Shown here piece by piece: positions 1-9,841 of a stretch of DNA of 64,000 nucleotides (its first letter is position 1; every line of letters begins with the position of its first letter). The DNA is from Methanoregulaceae archaeon PtaB.Bin056 (GTDB lineage Archaea > Halobacteriota > Methanomicrobia > Methanomicrobiales > Methanospirillaceae): the NCBI GenBank assembly GCA_002067095.1, contig MVQD01000038.1, forward strand, positions 25,959-89,958. The letters run 5' to 3'. A model generated the notes under the pieces. The model had not been told where the DNA came from, searched no databases, and was given only the letters and a program-made list of their open reading frames with translations. The translations under genes were made by a program, and so were the position numbers.

Positions 1-966
1 CGAGTTGCCGCTGTTGCCCATCAGGCCGAGGACCTGGCCCTCAATGACACGGTCACCCGGTACAACCCGGACCGAGCCGTTGACCATGTGGGCGTAGCAG
101 GCGTATTTTCCGTCCCCGATGTCTACAATCACGTAGTTGCCTGCCGCTGTCGCGATCGTCACCCCCTGCGGGGAATAGATCCTCTCGTGGTCCGGCAGGC
201 CGTCCAGCATATCAACGACCGTGCCGTTTGCAACCGAGAGGATCTCCTTCCCGAAGCCGTAGTAGTTCCTTGCAAGCCCCGGGTCACCCTCCACCGCCTT
301 CCCGGTGACAGGGTCGACGTAAATCCAGTCCTGTGCGTACTTCTGCGGGACGCGGGTCACCCCGCCCATCGTGATCTGGGCGCTGAAGTGGTGGGTATTC
401 GGGGCGGTGGTCTCGAGTGCGAGCCAGCCCGGGCCACGCATCGGGGAGCCGACGACAACAGGGGAGAGGTCTTTTCGCACCGCGACCTGCCCGCCGGTCA
501 GCGTCAGCGGGGGCTTCCCACTCCCGCTCATGTTGAGCGTGACCCGGTGGACGAGCCGGTCCGGAACCGCATCCGGATCGACTACAAACCAGAGGGATAT
601 ACGAGGCACAGGCAACTTCCCGGTGCCGTTCTGCAGTTCAGCAGCGGATGGAAGCGGGTCTGCGGCAGGGTGATACAGGGATGCAAGGAGAGCATCATCA
701 AGGATGTAGATTACCTTGCTGGTATCAGGATCAATGACCTCGACTGTCTCGGGTGTGAATACCTCATCTCCCGCTGCGAGGAGCTCAAGTTCGTAGGCGA
801 GGTTGGTCCCATCCCTGCTCTGGACTGGTACCGGGGGAACAGGTACTGTGATGGTCACCTGCGATCCCACGGGTGCAGGGCGGTGTTCTTCTGTTGGCTG
901 CGTGCATCCTGCAGCAAGAATTGCCAATGCTGCAAAGACGAGAAGGAGGAGGTGTATTTTTTCCAT
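1..966 (-). CDS. M23/LytM-family metallopeptidase, lipoprotein-like (partial; C-terminus runs off the left edge)
   Basis: Absent from the ORF track because there is no stop in the window. Reverse-strand reading from the ATG at 966 gives MEKIHLLLLVFAALAILAAGCTQP (signal peptide plus Cys). Near the edge it gives GNYVIVDIGDGKYACYAHMVNGSVRVVPGDRVIEGQVLGLMGNSGNS, the typical M23 C-terminal motif block. The + ORF 88..1005 is its antisense shadow. Confidence 0.75.
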   Translation of the reverse strand, partial: MEKIHLLLLVFAALAILAAGCTQPTEEHRPAPVGSQVTITVPVPPVPVQSRDGTNLAYELELLAAGDEVFTPETVEVIDPDTSKVIYILDDALLASLYHPAADPLPSAAELQNGTGKLPVPRISLWFVVDPDAVPDRLVHRVTLNMSGSGKPPLTLTGGQVAVRKDLSPVVVGSPMRGPGWLALETTAPNTHHFSAQITMGGVTRVPQKYAQDWIYVDPVTGKAVEGDPGLARNYYGFGKEILSVANGTVVDMLDGLPDHERIYSPQGVTIATAAGNYVIVDIGDGKYACYAHMVNGSVRVVPGDRVIEGQVLGLMGNSGNS

Positions 967-1501
967 GATCTGAACACCATGGTAGTTGGTAAAGATGGCG
1001 TATAAAAGAGATTGTTTTGGGCCTTTACCAGAAGATTTGACGGGTAAACGGTCCGAACCGGAGTGGAGACAATTCAAGGAACCGGACTATGCAAGCACAC
1101 CCCCGGGAAAAACGATGAGTGATCGGATTTCCTCGGGTATCCATGCATTATCATTCGATACCCTTCAGTTCGATGGCAGCGAAACCTTTCTTGATCGAGG
1201 TGGCGGATCTGGCTCCCCTGGGGTAAAAGGATTGTGCATCAATCATGGGTCCAGTCCGCCTTTTTGGACGGGAGAGAGAGCCAGAGTACTACCCTGCATG
1301 GATAGGTGATTGTGTCAGGAGCGGGAGTAGTTATTCCAGGTTTTATTGCCTCAATACCGCTCACAAACGGGTCCTTAAATCAAAGCCCGGAGATGGAGTC
1401 AGGGAGAGATGAGGACTGCATGGTCTGGTTCCGGTGTAAATAAAGGGCCGGTTGAACCAGCAGAATCATGAAAGAGGGGTGAATTTTTTCCCTGCATCTA
1501 G

Positions 1502-1924
1502 TCAGGACTGTGCACGCATCTCCCTTGCAAATTTCTTAGCATTTTCCAGATCTTCGGGGCTGGGATGCCCCCTGTTCGTGAAGAGGAACTTCCCCCTGCA
1601 ATGAAAGTTGCCAAGGACCGTTGCACCCTTCTCTTTTAATGCGACAGCCATCGTATCGAGCACCTTCTCTGCTCCCGCAGTACCTCCCGACGTGGCGAAA
1701 AGCGCCACTCTTCGCCCCGTGAAATCTCCGTTCCCGATGAACTTTGTCATGCCATCCCCCGGCTTTCCCCCATAGACCCCGCTTCCGAGAAACACGACCT
1801 TTGCATCCGCGGGAAGGGGTGCATTGAGGTCTCCCAGCGCAACACCCAGTTCGCTTGCGATGGCGTCCGCCACCTTCCGGGTGTTCCCACCCCTTGAATC
1901 GACCAATACCGCGATATCAGACAT
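1502..1924 (-). CDS. flavodoxin-family protein
   Basis: 140-aa ORF. The N-terminal MSDIAVLVDSRGGNTRKVADAIA resembles the flavodoxin FMN phosphate-binding loop. Size and alpha/beta pattern fit. Confidence 0.8.
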   Translation of the reverse strand: MSDIAVLVDSRGGNTRKVADAIASELGVALGDLNAPLPADAKVVFLGSGVYGGKPGDGMTKFIGNGDFTGRRVALFATSGGTAGAEKVLDTMAVALKEKGATVLGNFHCRGKFLFTNRGHPSPEDLENAKKFAREMRAQS

Positions 1925-2126
1925 AGTTGCAGATGGAGATTAAGAACTATATAATGGGTCCCCTGCCTGGCCGCCAGGAGAATGTGACTCTGTTTCGCGC
2001 ATTGGCTCTGCCGGGATCCATCCCCGTTGAGGGGCAGGTGGCGATGCCGAAACGAGGCCTATTCGCGTCGTGGGGCACTTTTACCGCGGGCTGCACTTCC
2101 ATCGCCTTCCCTTTTGCCGTATTATC

Positions 2127-3374
2127 TCACAGTATAAGAAACCCGTCGGGAGCAAGGCTTGTGGCCAGCATCACCGTATTTATTCCGTGGTGCCCGATCC
2201 AGGTATCGTTCAGTCTGTTTGTGTGATTCAGCCAGAATTGCTCGATCTCTTCTCTCAAGGGAGTATATTTCAGAAGCGAATGGATGAGTTGTCCGGATAC
2301 CCCCTGCTCATCGGCCATCCCTGGATTCTCTTCAAGCAGTCCTGGTAGCCTGGCAAGCCCGGCAAGGCCGATCGAGAGGCCGAGCTCCCTGAAGGCCAGT
2401 CGTTGGGTTGCAGGGAGAGCAAGTGTTCCGCTCCGCGAGAATGATTCCAGTCCGGCAAGGGCGGCCGTGAGGATCGGCGTGAGGAGATCACAGGGGGAAT
2501 CTCCCCCTTTCACCCTGATCTGCACGATCCGTGACGCATCGGCCAGGAGCCCCCCTGTCCCGAGCGGGTCGTCGGTCTCGAGCGAGAGCCCCCGGAGAAT
2601 GCCTGCCATATCGCCGATCTCGCGTGAAAGGACGGGCCGGCCTGCAGCGAACTGCAGTTCGTGATACGTGACCAGCCCGTCCAGGGGATCGTGCTGGCCC
2701 ATCGAAGGGACGAGCGGGCGGGAGAGATCGATGCTCATCTTCCAGTACATCCGCCTCTGGCTGCTGCCTGGGAGAGTATAGACGAACCTGGCATGTGCAA
2801 CCTGTGCCAGCTCGATCGCCCATGTCACAAAGAGCGGATCGCCGGTCACACTCCCCACGCGGGCCAGTGCGTGCATCCATTTGGTCAGGTAGTGGTAATA
2901 CTGCCCGTCCCGGTCCCATTCCAGATATGGATTGTATGGCTCGCCAGCCATCCGCTCAGGGAGGATCTTTCCTATCCTCAACCCCCCTGCTGTCGGGTGG
3001 AGTTCGCCCTCCTCCGGCGCAAGCCCACTGATCCACCCCCGCATCCCGGAATCGTTCCGGTGCATCCCAAGGGTGTGGTGGACCTGCCGGACGAGCCGTA
3101 TGGCCAGTTCCCGGAATTCAACCCGCCCGGTCTCGCGGAAAAGTCCCAGGTAATTGCAGACCGCAAACGCATCGGTCCAGAGGTAGCGATCGGGAGATTC
3201 GGATAGTGGTTTGAGGCCGGTCCTTTGGGCGTACTCCTCCATCAGGGTCCCCATATTGGACAGTCTTTCCCCAGGAACCATCATGGTGTGAGGTTGCCAT
3301 TCAGCAAGAAAAATCCTCTTGTTATTCCTCCCGGCAGGCAAACGCCTTTGCCCATCCACCGTAGAGGGTTTCAA
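2127..3374 (-). CDS. conserved hypothetical protein (no family recognised)
   Basis: 415-aa ORF with GC-rich third codon positions like its neighbours. The TTG start at 3374 overlaps the stop of the upstream phosphoribosyltransferase gene (TTGA). Internal ATG starts (MMVPGERL, MGTLMEEY) are alternatives. Confidence 0.6.
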   Translation of the reverse strand: MKPSTVDGQRRLPAGRNNKRIFLAEWQPHTMMVPGERLSNMGTLMEEYAQRTGLKPLSESPDRYLWTDAFAVCNYLGLFRETGRVEFRELAIRLVRQVHHTLGMHRNDSGMRGWISGLAPEEGELHPTAGGLRIGKILPERMAGEPYNPYLEWDRDGQYYHYLTKWMHALARVGSVTGDPLFVTWAIELAQVAHARFVYTLPGSSQRRMYWKMSIDLSRPLVPSMGQHDPLDGLVTYHELQFAAGRPVLSREIGDMAGILRGLSLETDDPLGTGGLLADASRIVQIRVKGGDSPCDLLTPILTAALAGLESFSRSGTLALPATQRLAFRELGLSIGLAGLARLPGLLEENPGMADEQGVSGQLIHSLLKYTPLREEIEQFWLNHTNRLNDTWIGHHGINTVMLATSLAPDGFLIL

Positions 3375-4069
3375 GGCATCCCGGCAATTTCCGCGAGTAC
3401 CTCGTGATCGTCAAGGTCGTACCACTCCTCATAGGCATCAGCGACCGCAAACGACCTGCCGGAACGGATGTTTGGGCAGACGAGCCGGTCAACCTCCCTC
3501 CCTACAAGTTCTGCCGATGACCGCGAGGCTGTGGGAACTGCCACCACGATTCCGGACGGTTTGCGGATCCGGGTTCTCCGGACTGCCGCAAGCATCGTGA
3601 ACCCCGAGGCAAGCCCGTCATCGGTAAGAACCACTGTCTTCCCAGCCACCGGCGGCATCGGTTTCCCGCCGCAGAACCTGGCGACCCGCTCTTTCACATT
3701 CGCCTCAGTCTCACTCACAGCCCTCTCGACATCCGCACTGGAGAGAAAGAGCGCATCCCGCAGCCGCTCGTTGATCAGAACCTCCCCGTCCCATGTCACT
3801 GCCCCGAACCCCGATTCGGTCGTGCCGGGGACCCTGACTTTCCGCACTATGGCAAGCGAGAAGGGTGCGCCCAGGGCTGCAGCAATCTCTTTTCCGACGG
3901 GCACCCCTCCGGCGGGTATCGCCAGCACGATGGGATCATGGATGGCAGGAAGGGTAAGGAGGAACTCCCCAAGCTTCCTGCCTGCGTCGTGGCGGCCGGC
4001 AAAGACGAACATCTTGTCCCGGAGCAGGGGGTCCTCGATGATCTCTCCCATGATGTGCTGGTCTGGCAT
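3371..4069 (-). CDS. phosphoribosyltransferase-family protein
   Basis: 232-aa ORF. VVLTDDGLASGFTMLAAV is a PRPP-binding motif (acidic pair followed by a small-residue loop). Confidence 0.8.
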   Translation of the reverse strand: MPDQHIMGEIIEDPLLRDKMFVFAGRHDAGRKLGEFLLTLPAIHDPIVLAIPAGGVPVGKEIAAALGAPFSLAIVRKVRVPGTTESGFGAVTWDGEVLINERLRDALFLSSADVERAVSETEANVKERVARFCGGKPMPPVAGKTVVLTDDGLASGFTMLAAVRRTRIRKPSGIVVAVPTASRSSAELVGREVDRLVCPNIRSGRSFAVADAYEEWYDLDDHEVLAEIAGMP

Positions 4070-4306
4070 TCAGGGGACTTGAGACTTGTGGGAGCAATGG
4101 GAATGGAAAAAGGAACTGTCAAGTGTGATGAAAAGGACCCGATAAGAAAAACCGGCGATCCTTTTACAACCCTTCGCGGAAAAGTCAGCGCAGGGGCCAT
4201 GAGCCATACCCGGCAGGCTATCAGAGCCTCCTTCTCCGTCATATTGATGATCCAAATCTAAAACCTCCCCTATCTGCCTTCCTTCGATCTGCAAGGAGAA
4301 AAAAAG

Positions 4307-5107
4307 ATGGTGTCCTGGAATAATATAAAGAAGGACCATCACTCACGTCCGTCTTTGAGAGGATACCATGCACAGGTCTTTTCATTATTTCCGCATTCAT
4401 GTGGGACGTGTTCACGCGTGAAATCCGGTGAATATGTCCTGAGTCTTCTGAAAGAAGCCCCCAATACGGAAAAGACTATCCTCTTTCTCCGCCACTCGAA
4501 GAGGAATTCCTTTGCAGGAATCCCGGATCACCTCCGGCCCGGGGTGGAGATAACCCCCGAAGGCCGACTCATGGCAAAGGAATTTGGAACGTCTCTGGGA
4601 CAGGTGTTCCCCGGGAGGCGTCTCTTACTTGCGCACACCACTGCCCTCAGGTGCAGGATGACAGCGGAATGCATCCTCCAGGGATATTCACCGGGCACAC
4701 GGGTTCCCATGATCGAGTACCCGGAAAAGATAGGTGACCCGGTCCGCAATTATCCTGCATTCATTGACCTTCGGGAAACGCTCGGCTGGCAGGTGCTCAT
4801 CCGCAAATGGCTCGATGGGGAAATTTCCCCGGAGGTCATTGAGGACCCGGTTGTGTATTCCAGGACCCTCCTGCATACTCTCCTTTCATCGCAAGGCACA
4901 GGGAATGGCGACCTGTTCGTGGCCATAGTTCATGACATCACACTTTTCCCCATCATTTCAAGGGTATTTCGAAAAAAAATGACGTCAATAGATTTCCTGA
5001 ACGGGATCGTGATCTCCTCGCTCAGGTCGACTGCCGAGATCCGGTTTTCCGATGCAGACTGCTCACTGAAACGAGTGGTCGGGGCTGAATGGACGTCCGA
5101 GGTCTGA
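4307..5107 (+). CDS. histidine phosphatase superfamily protein (start uncertain)
   Basis: TILFLRHSKRNS matches the RHG catalytic motif region of the histidine phosphatase/phosphoglycerate mutase-like fold. An in-frame GTG at 4418 just upstream of this motif is a more likely start than 4307. Confidence 0.55.
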   Translation: MVSWNNIKKDHHSRPSLRGYHAQVFSLFPHSCGTCSRVKSGEYVLSLLKEAPNTEKTILFLRHSKRNSFAGIPDHLRPGVEITPEGRLMAKEFGTSLGQVFPGRRLLLAHTTALRCRMTAECILQGYSPGTRVPMIEYPEKIGDPVRNYPAFIDLRETLGWQVLIRKWLDGEISPEVIEDPVVYSRTLLHTLLSSQGTGNGDLFVAIVHDITLFPIISRVFRKKMTSIDFLNGIVISSLRSTAEIRFSDADCSLKRVVGAEWTSEV

Positions 5108-5199
5108 ATGCAGTTACATGGAACCCCGGGATGCTCGATTTAATAGATAATATCGCTTATCTTCCGTGAACACTCCCTTCCGGTATAAAGTCTTCCGAG

Positions 5200-5577
5200 T
5201 TGCTCACAGGTCTCCTCCTCCTTATCCTGACTGTCTCTATAATTCCTCTCCAAGGGGATACCCCTGTTGCAGGTAATGGAGAAGCGGCTACCGAAGAAGG
5301 CATGGTGACCGCGACCAGTTTACCTCCAGGTCAAGGCCTCTCTGATCCCGCGCAAGTAGAGGCGTTCCCTGGTACAGTCATACCTGCTGCCATGGCCCGG
5401 TACAATGTGCCGGGGTCGGTCGTTGCGGTTGTCAATGAAGGAAGGCTCGTTATTGCAAAGGAGTCCGGGTACAACAATCTCGTGAACTGGATCCCTATCG
5501 ATGCCAATACTAAGATCTTTCGCACCGGATCTCCCCCTGATTTTTTGGTTGACCATGCCTGGACAGGCCATAAGTAG
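5200..5577 (+). pseudogene. 5' remnant of a serine beta-lactamase/PBP-like hydrolase
   Basis: The 125-aa ORF has a signal-like N-terminus, then ARYNVPGSVVAVVNEGRLVIAKESGYNN...DANTKIFRTGS, which resembles the beta-lactamase-family region leading to the S-x-x-K motif. The motif itself is corrupted (GSPPDF). The ORF ends at 5577, about 45 nt from the convergent GNAT gene, so at least two thirds of a normal family member is missing. Confidence 0.5.
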
Positions 5578-5621
5578 TAATCCCTTAAGAGGCTGCCCCC
5601 CGCTCCTGTCACCGGTGGAGA

Positions 5622-6173
5622 TCAGGGTTGGATCGCATCATATTCCCCGGCAAGCATCCCGTAGTACCTGGTCGACCGCCAGTGGTCCCGGAGCCAGACA
5701 TGCTCCCGGATCGTGCCCTCATAGGTCAGTCCGCACTGCTCCATCAGACGGGCCGATGTGTAATTCAGTTCGTCGCACTTGCCGTATACCCGGTGCAGGG
5801 AGAGCGTGCGGAACCCGAATTCCAAGTACTTCCTGAGGATCTCTCTCCCATACCCGTATGCCTGGTATTCGGGGAGAAGGACGATCCCGACCTCACCGGT
5901 GCTTTTTTGTTCGGGATCGATCTCGAGGAACGTGAGCCCCGCAAACTCCCCGTTCTTCGCGACCCTGGCGGCAAGGACATAAGAGGTCCTGTCGATCCTT
6001 TTTGCCCCGTCTATTCCCCGCTGGAGAAATCCGGCTATCTGATCCTCGTTTTCGAGCCAGACGAGGACATAGCGCATCACGTCCCTGTTGTATGCAATCC
6101 TCCGGATATTGTCGAGATCACCCTCACTCAAGTCCTCGAGGATCAGCCGTTCTGTCTTCAGTCGAAACGCCAT
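5622..6173 (-). CDS. GNAT N-acetyltransferase (RimJ/RimL-like)
   Basis: 183-aa ORF. The N-terminus LKTERLILEDLSEGDLDNI and the QAYGYGREILRKYLEFGF acetyl-CoA-binding region are typical. Confidence 0.8.
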   Translation of the reverse strand: MAFRLKTERLILEDLSEGDLDNIRRIAYNRDVMRYVLVWLENEDQIAGFLQRGIDGAKRIDRTSYVLAARVAKNGEFAGLTFLEIDPEQKSTGEVGIVLLPEYQAYGYGREILRKYLEFGFRTLSLHRVYGKCDELNYTSARLMEQCGLTYEGTIREHVWLRDHWRSTRYYGMLAGEYDAIQP

Positions 6174-6295
6174 GTCGTTCCTGTGGGATGTTCCTTACTT
6201 ATCCATTTCATCCGCCATGATTGATTCTTTCTCTCCCTCGCTGCCCAGCGAGATGCAGATTGGGTGATGATCTCAGTCCTGCGCAATCTGCGTAA

Positions 6296-7579
6296 CTATT
6301 CCTGCCTGAAATAAGGGCAGGTCTCGGTCCCGATATGTTCGGACCTGTCTTCCCAGATAATGACATGCCCAATACGTTTCCATTGGGGTATGCCATCTTG
6401 TTCCATCACCCGGAATACGTCATAGGATGCAAGGGCCCTGTCACCCGCCTCGTTTGTCACGAGCGACCCGGTCTCACCCTGGTAGGTGTTGAGGTGCCGC
6501 TCAAGGGCCAGTGTAAGGTGGGTCTGATCCGCATTAATGGGCACGTCGTTCAGGAGATCATGCACGACCCAGAGGGCATCGTAAAGTGTGATGGGCCCTG
6601 ATGAAGGGGGATATCCCAGCCGCTCGCGTATCCGGGTTTGAGGCTCGCTGGAAGGGTCTCCATGGGCTATTCCCCAGACTACGCAGGTAAAGTTGACCCG
6701 TGCAGCCTCCATGGCTGCAGGGGAGACACCTGCAAGTGACGGGATACCTGCATTCCCGTCGCACCCGAACCAGCGGATACGGGTGAGGTTCTCTCTTCCG
6801 GCTGCTTTCTCAATGATAGGGGCGCTCTCCTCGAATCCGATCAGGTAGATACCGACATGGTCCGCACCATATGCCTCTATTGCATCCCCTGCAAGGAGGT
6901 CAAGGCTTGCAACGTGGAAGGAGAAGTCCGTGGTCTCCGGACCGAACCGGATCCCATCGATAGCCAACCCGCCGTGTTCAAGAAATGCACCCCGTGTCGC
7001 GTTGAGAAGATTGTCCCCCCAGATATCCCCCCTCCAAAGAGGGACAATCGCTCGTATCTGTTGCTCTCCGAGCCACATCGCCATTGCCTCGCCCTGTGCT
7101 GAATCGTCGGAAATAAGCCGGAAGATCGAATCACCGGGGATGGCAAGAGAAGGAGACGTGCTCCCCGCGTCGAGCACCAGCATCCCGTTCTCGTCGACAA
7201 ATGTCTTGATTGAGGCGATCTCAGCACTGGTCATGTGCCCAAGGAATATCCTCCGGCCGCTCTTCTGCACCTCTTTGGCCCGGGTAAGCGCGGTCGCAGG
7301 GTCTGAAGCGGTGTCATGGAACACGACACTAACCCGGCGCTCCGAACCGATGGAAGCAGAATACCGGTTGATATCCTCCTCTGCAGTGAGAAGGGCGGCC
7401 TTTGCGATCGCTCCCTGAGAGGAATACGGACCAGTGAGTGTCACGAGCGCGTCGATGACAACCGGCGACGAGGCCCCGGATCCAGGCCCGGTGGTCTGGG
7501 GAGCTGAAGTATTCATGCAACCTGTAGCGAGCAGGAGAAAGGTAAGCAGAATGGCGGTTGGGAGGGTGGGGTACTTCAT
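6296..7579 (-). CDS. ABC transporter substrate-binding lipoprotein (type-1 periplasmic binding fold, Liv-like)
   Basis: 427-aa ORF. It has a signal peptide with the lipobox-like LLATGC, and its overall pattern resembles branched-chain amino acid/amide binding proteins. No cognate permease lies adjacent. Confidence 0.65.
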   Translation of the reverse strand: MKYPTLPTAILLTFLLLATGCMNTSAPQTTGPGSGASSPVVIDALVTLTGPYSSQGAIAKAALLTAEEDINRYSASIGSERRVSVVFHDTASDPATALTRAKEVQKSGRRIFLGHMTSAEIASIKTFVDENGMLVLDAGSTSPSLAIPGDSIFRLISDDSAQGEAMAMWLGEQQIRAIVPLWRGDIWGDNLLNATRGAFLEHGGLAIDGIRFGPETTDFSFHVASLDLLAGDAIEAYGADHVGIYLIGFEESAPIIEKAAGRENLTRIRWFGCDGNAGIPSLAGVSPAAMEAARVNFTCVVWGIAHGDPSSEPQTRIRERLGYPPSSGPITLYDALWVVHDLLNDVPINADQTHLTLALERHLNTYQGETGSLVTNEAGDRALASYDVFRVMEQDGIPQWKRIGHVIIWEDRSEHIGTETCPYFRQE

Positions 7580-7880
7580 GAGGGGTGATTAATCCGGGTG
7601 ATAAAAATCTCTTTCGAAAGGAGATGCCGGGGGTATCATTGGATGGTGCCTTACTGGACTGGGATTGAGGAACGTTGTCGTGTTTCGGTCGCAACTGTGT
7701 GCAACTGTGTACCGCAATGGTTCGGCAGAATCGATAAAGGATTGAGACCCCTAGTGCATGTACCGATGAAGTACTGCTCTTTTGCTTTTTTTGTCAGGCA
7801 AAGATGAGATCAAGGAGGATTCAGGATTCTGGCAGGAAGAATAGAGAATCCCACTGGTGGGTCCTCCCGTTTGAATACGT

Positions 7881-8540
7881 TTATCTTTCAGCAATATCCA
7901 GAAGAATCCTGACCAATTCGCCCGGCATGTCGGCCATAGGGACGTGCGATGACGGCAGTTCTTGGTACGTCCACCCTTTCCTTTCAGCATCGATCTTCTG
8001 CTTCGCAAGTCCTGTGACGATACGAAATTCGCTCTTCGTGCAGAGGATGTAGGTCTTGGGGATTGCTTCGATGTTGCGGGGGTCAAACTCTATCTTCTCG
8101 ATATAGGCTTTCGCGGGTTCGAGCCCGGTAAAAGAGAGGGGATCCCTTCCTGCGAGAGCGAACAGGTCGAAGAGCGACTGTCCCGGGTCGGGCAACGCAG
8201 CATCGAGATAGACAAGGCGCCGAATCCTTTCGGGTATTGCTGCCGCGACCCCGGTGATGATCATCCCGCCATAACTGTGCCCGACAAGGATGACATCCCT
8301 GAGTGAGTTCCCGGCAAAAAGCGAGTATATTTGCTGGATGTGCCCTGAAAGGCCCGTCGTGTGTTCGTCCTTGAGAGTCGGTGCGAATGCCCGGTGACCA
8401 TGTGCGCCAAGTGCTGCCACGGTCCCGTCCCAGTATGCCCCGCCGAGCAGGCCTCCCGGTGGGTAATCTGCCCTCCCCGCAAGCCGGTTCCACGTGTCCG
8501 TGGAGAGATTGCCTCCCTGGACGAGGACAAAGGTTGCCAT
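7881..8540 (-). CDS. alpha/beta hydrolase (esterase-like)
   Basis: Nucleophile elbow VGHSYGG. I prefer the start at MATFVLVQGG (ATG at 8540) over the track start at 8591. Confidence 0.8.
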   Translation of the reverse strand: MATFVLVQGGNLSTDTWNRLAGRADYPPGGLLGGAYWDGTVAALGAHGHRAFAPTLKDEHTTGLSGHIQQIYSLFAGNSLRDVILVGHSYGGMIITGVAAAIPERIRRLVYLDAALPDPGQSLFDLFALAGRDPLSFTGLEPAKAYIEKIEFDPRNIEAIPKTYILCTKSEFRIVTGLAKQKIDAERKGWTYQELPSSHVPMADMPGELVRILLDIAER

Positions 8541-8718
8541 GGTATGCCCAATCTTTCTTCCGGGCCCACTATTGGTTTTTTTTTCTTTCAACCGCCAGGT
8601 ATCCCGCTGCCAACCTTGGTATGAAGGGTGTTCGTGGTATAAGGGCCTTTGGATATGATGTATGGATATCCTCCCCCTTTATAGTCTCCTCCTCTCAATA
8701 TTCGAAAAAGGAACTGTC

Positions 8719-9234
8719 ATGTCCCCCCGAATACTGGTTGCATATGCATCGGTACACGGATCAACTGCCGGAGTAGCCGAAGCGATTGGAAAAGCGCTGC
8801 AGATAGAAGGCTATAGCGTTGACATCGCCCCGATGAAAACGGTATCTTCTCCTGGGGATTATGATTCCATAGTCATCGGGGCACCTGTGTATATGGGAAA
8901 GGTGGTGGGCGATGTGAAAAAGTTCGTAGTGAAACACCGGGATGCACTCGCGAGGGTCCCGGTCGCTGCATTCTGCATAGGTGTTGCACCGCTCGGAAAA
9001 GACCCGGGGGACGTCGACACAATCATGAATATATTCCGAACGGCTCTTGCACCCCTGGAGCCCGTCGATGTGACGATGTTTGCCGGAAAAATCGACATGG
9101 AGAAGCTCCCGTTCATGCACAAGTGGATATGGAAGAAGATGGACGGGCCTGTCGGGGATTTCCGGGACTGGGAAGCAATCGGGGTGTGGGCGAGGGAGCT
9201 CCCACGAAAACTCGGGATATCCGCAGAGCCCTGA
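8719..9234 (+). CDS. flavodoxin-domain protein (HemG-like long-chain type)
   Basis: MSPRILVAYASVHGSTAGVAEAIGKAL is a flavodoxin-type N-terminus. The ATG at 8719 is preceded by AGGA. The track start at 8662 adds a non-conserved-looking extension. Confidence 0.75.
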   Translation: MSPRILVAYASVHGSTAGVAEAIGKALQIEGYSVDIAPMKTVSSPGDYDSIVIGAPVYMGKVVGDVKKFVVKHRDALARVPVAAFCIGVAPLGKDPGDVDTIMNIFRTALAPLEPVDVTMFAGKIDMEKLPFMHKWIWKKMDGPVGDFRDWEAIGVWARELPRKLGISAEP

Positions 9235-9268
9235 TCACACGCGGATTCCCCTCCCCTCTCCATTTCTC

Positions 9269-9841
9269 TCAATTTTTATTGATCTCGTTCCTTATCTTCC
9301 GGATCAGGTCTGCAATCATCTGCCGGAACTCTTCCCCTATCGTCTCCCACGTGGGGCATTTCCGACCGGGTTCCGTGCTCCCCCCGGATTGTGAGGGTGG
9401 AGCCGCATCAGGTCCTTTCATCTTCACAAATATGGAGAGGTAGCCTGCGACAAGGACGATGATAAGGGTGAGCGGAAGGAGAAAGAGCCGGACCATGGCG
9501 AGCGCATGCCCGATACCGATGGCATAAAAGTCATTGACATACACGAGGAGGGATATCAGGAACGAGACCAAAAGCACACTTGCAACGGCATTGAAGACCG
9601 GGAACGGGAGGTTGAACGGAAATGAAAACGCAGCGAATATCTCCCCGATTGTAAAAAGGATCGAGAAGAAGATGATGAGAGCGGCGTGCGCAAAGAGGAG
9701 GTCAACGAACCCGTCAAAGAGCGGCCATGAGGTATGCTGCGCGATGAACCTGAGAATCACGAGGCCGACAAGGAAGATAAGTATCCCGATGATGCCCCAA
9801 ATCAGGGCTTTGAGAGGGGTTGTGGGCGAATGCGGTTTCAT
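9269..9841 (-). CDS. integral membrane protein, unknown function
   Basis: 190-aa ORF with about 5 hydrophobic helices and a charged C-terminal tail. Confidence 0.6.
   Translation of the reverse strand: MKPHSPTTPLKALIWGIIGILIFLVGLVILRFIAQHTSWPLFDGFVDLLFAHAALIIFFSILFTIGEIFAAFSFPFNLPFPVFNAVASVLLVSFLISLLVYVNDFYAIGIGHALAMVRLFLLPLTLIIVLVAGYLSIFVKMKGPDAAPPSQSGGSTEPGRKCPTWETIGEEFRQMIADLIRKIRNEINKN

Noticed and set aside
88-1005. 305-aa + strand ORF
   Set aside because: It is the antisense shadow of the M23 peptidase gene. Its translation is Arg/Gly/Val/Cys-rich nonsense, while the minus strand gives a signal peptide and clear M23 motifs.
986-1309. 107-aa + ORF in the flavodoxin/M23 intergenic gap
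   Set aside because: Its codon usage is atypical (many A/T third positions). It has a TTG start, no motifs and no RBS or TATA context.
8113-8128. tRNA T-arm-like GCGGGTTCGAGCCCGG
   Set aside because: The flanking stem does not pair properly and there is no acceptor, D or anticodon arm context. It lies inside the alpha/beta hydrolase CDS.
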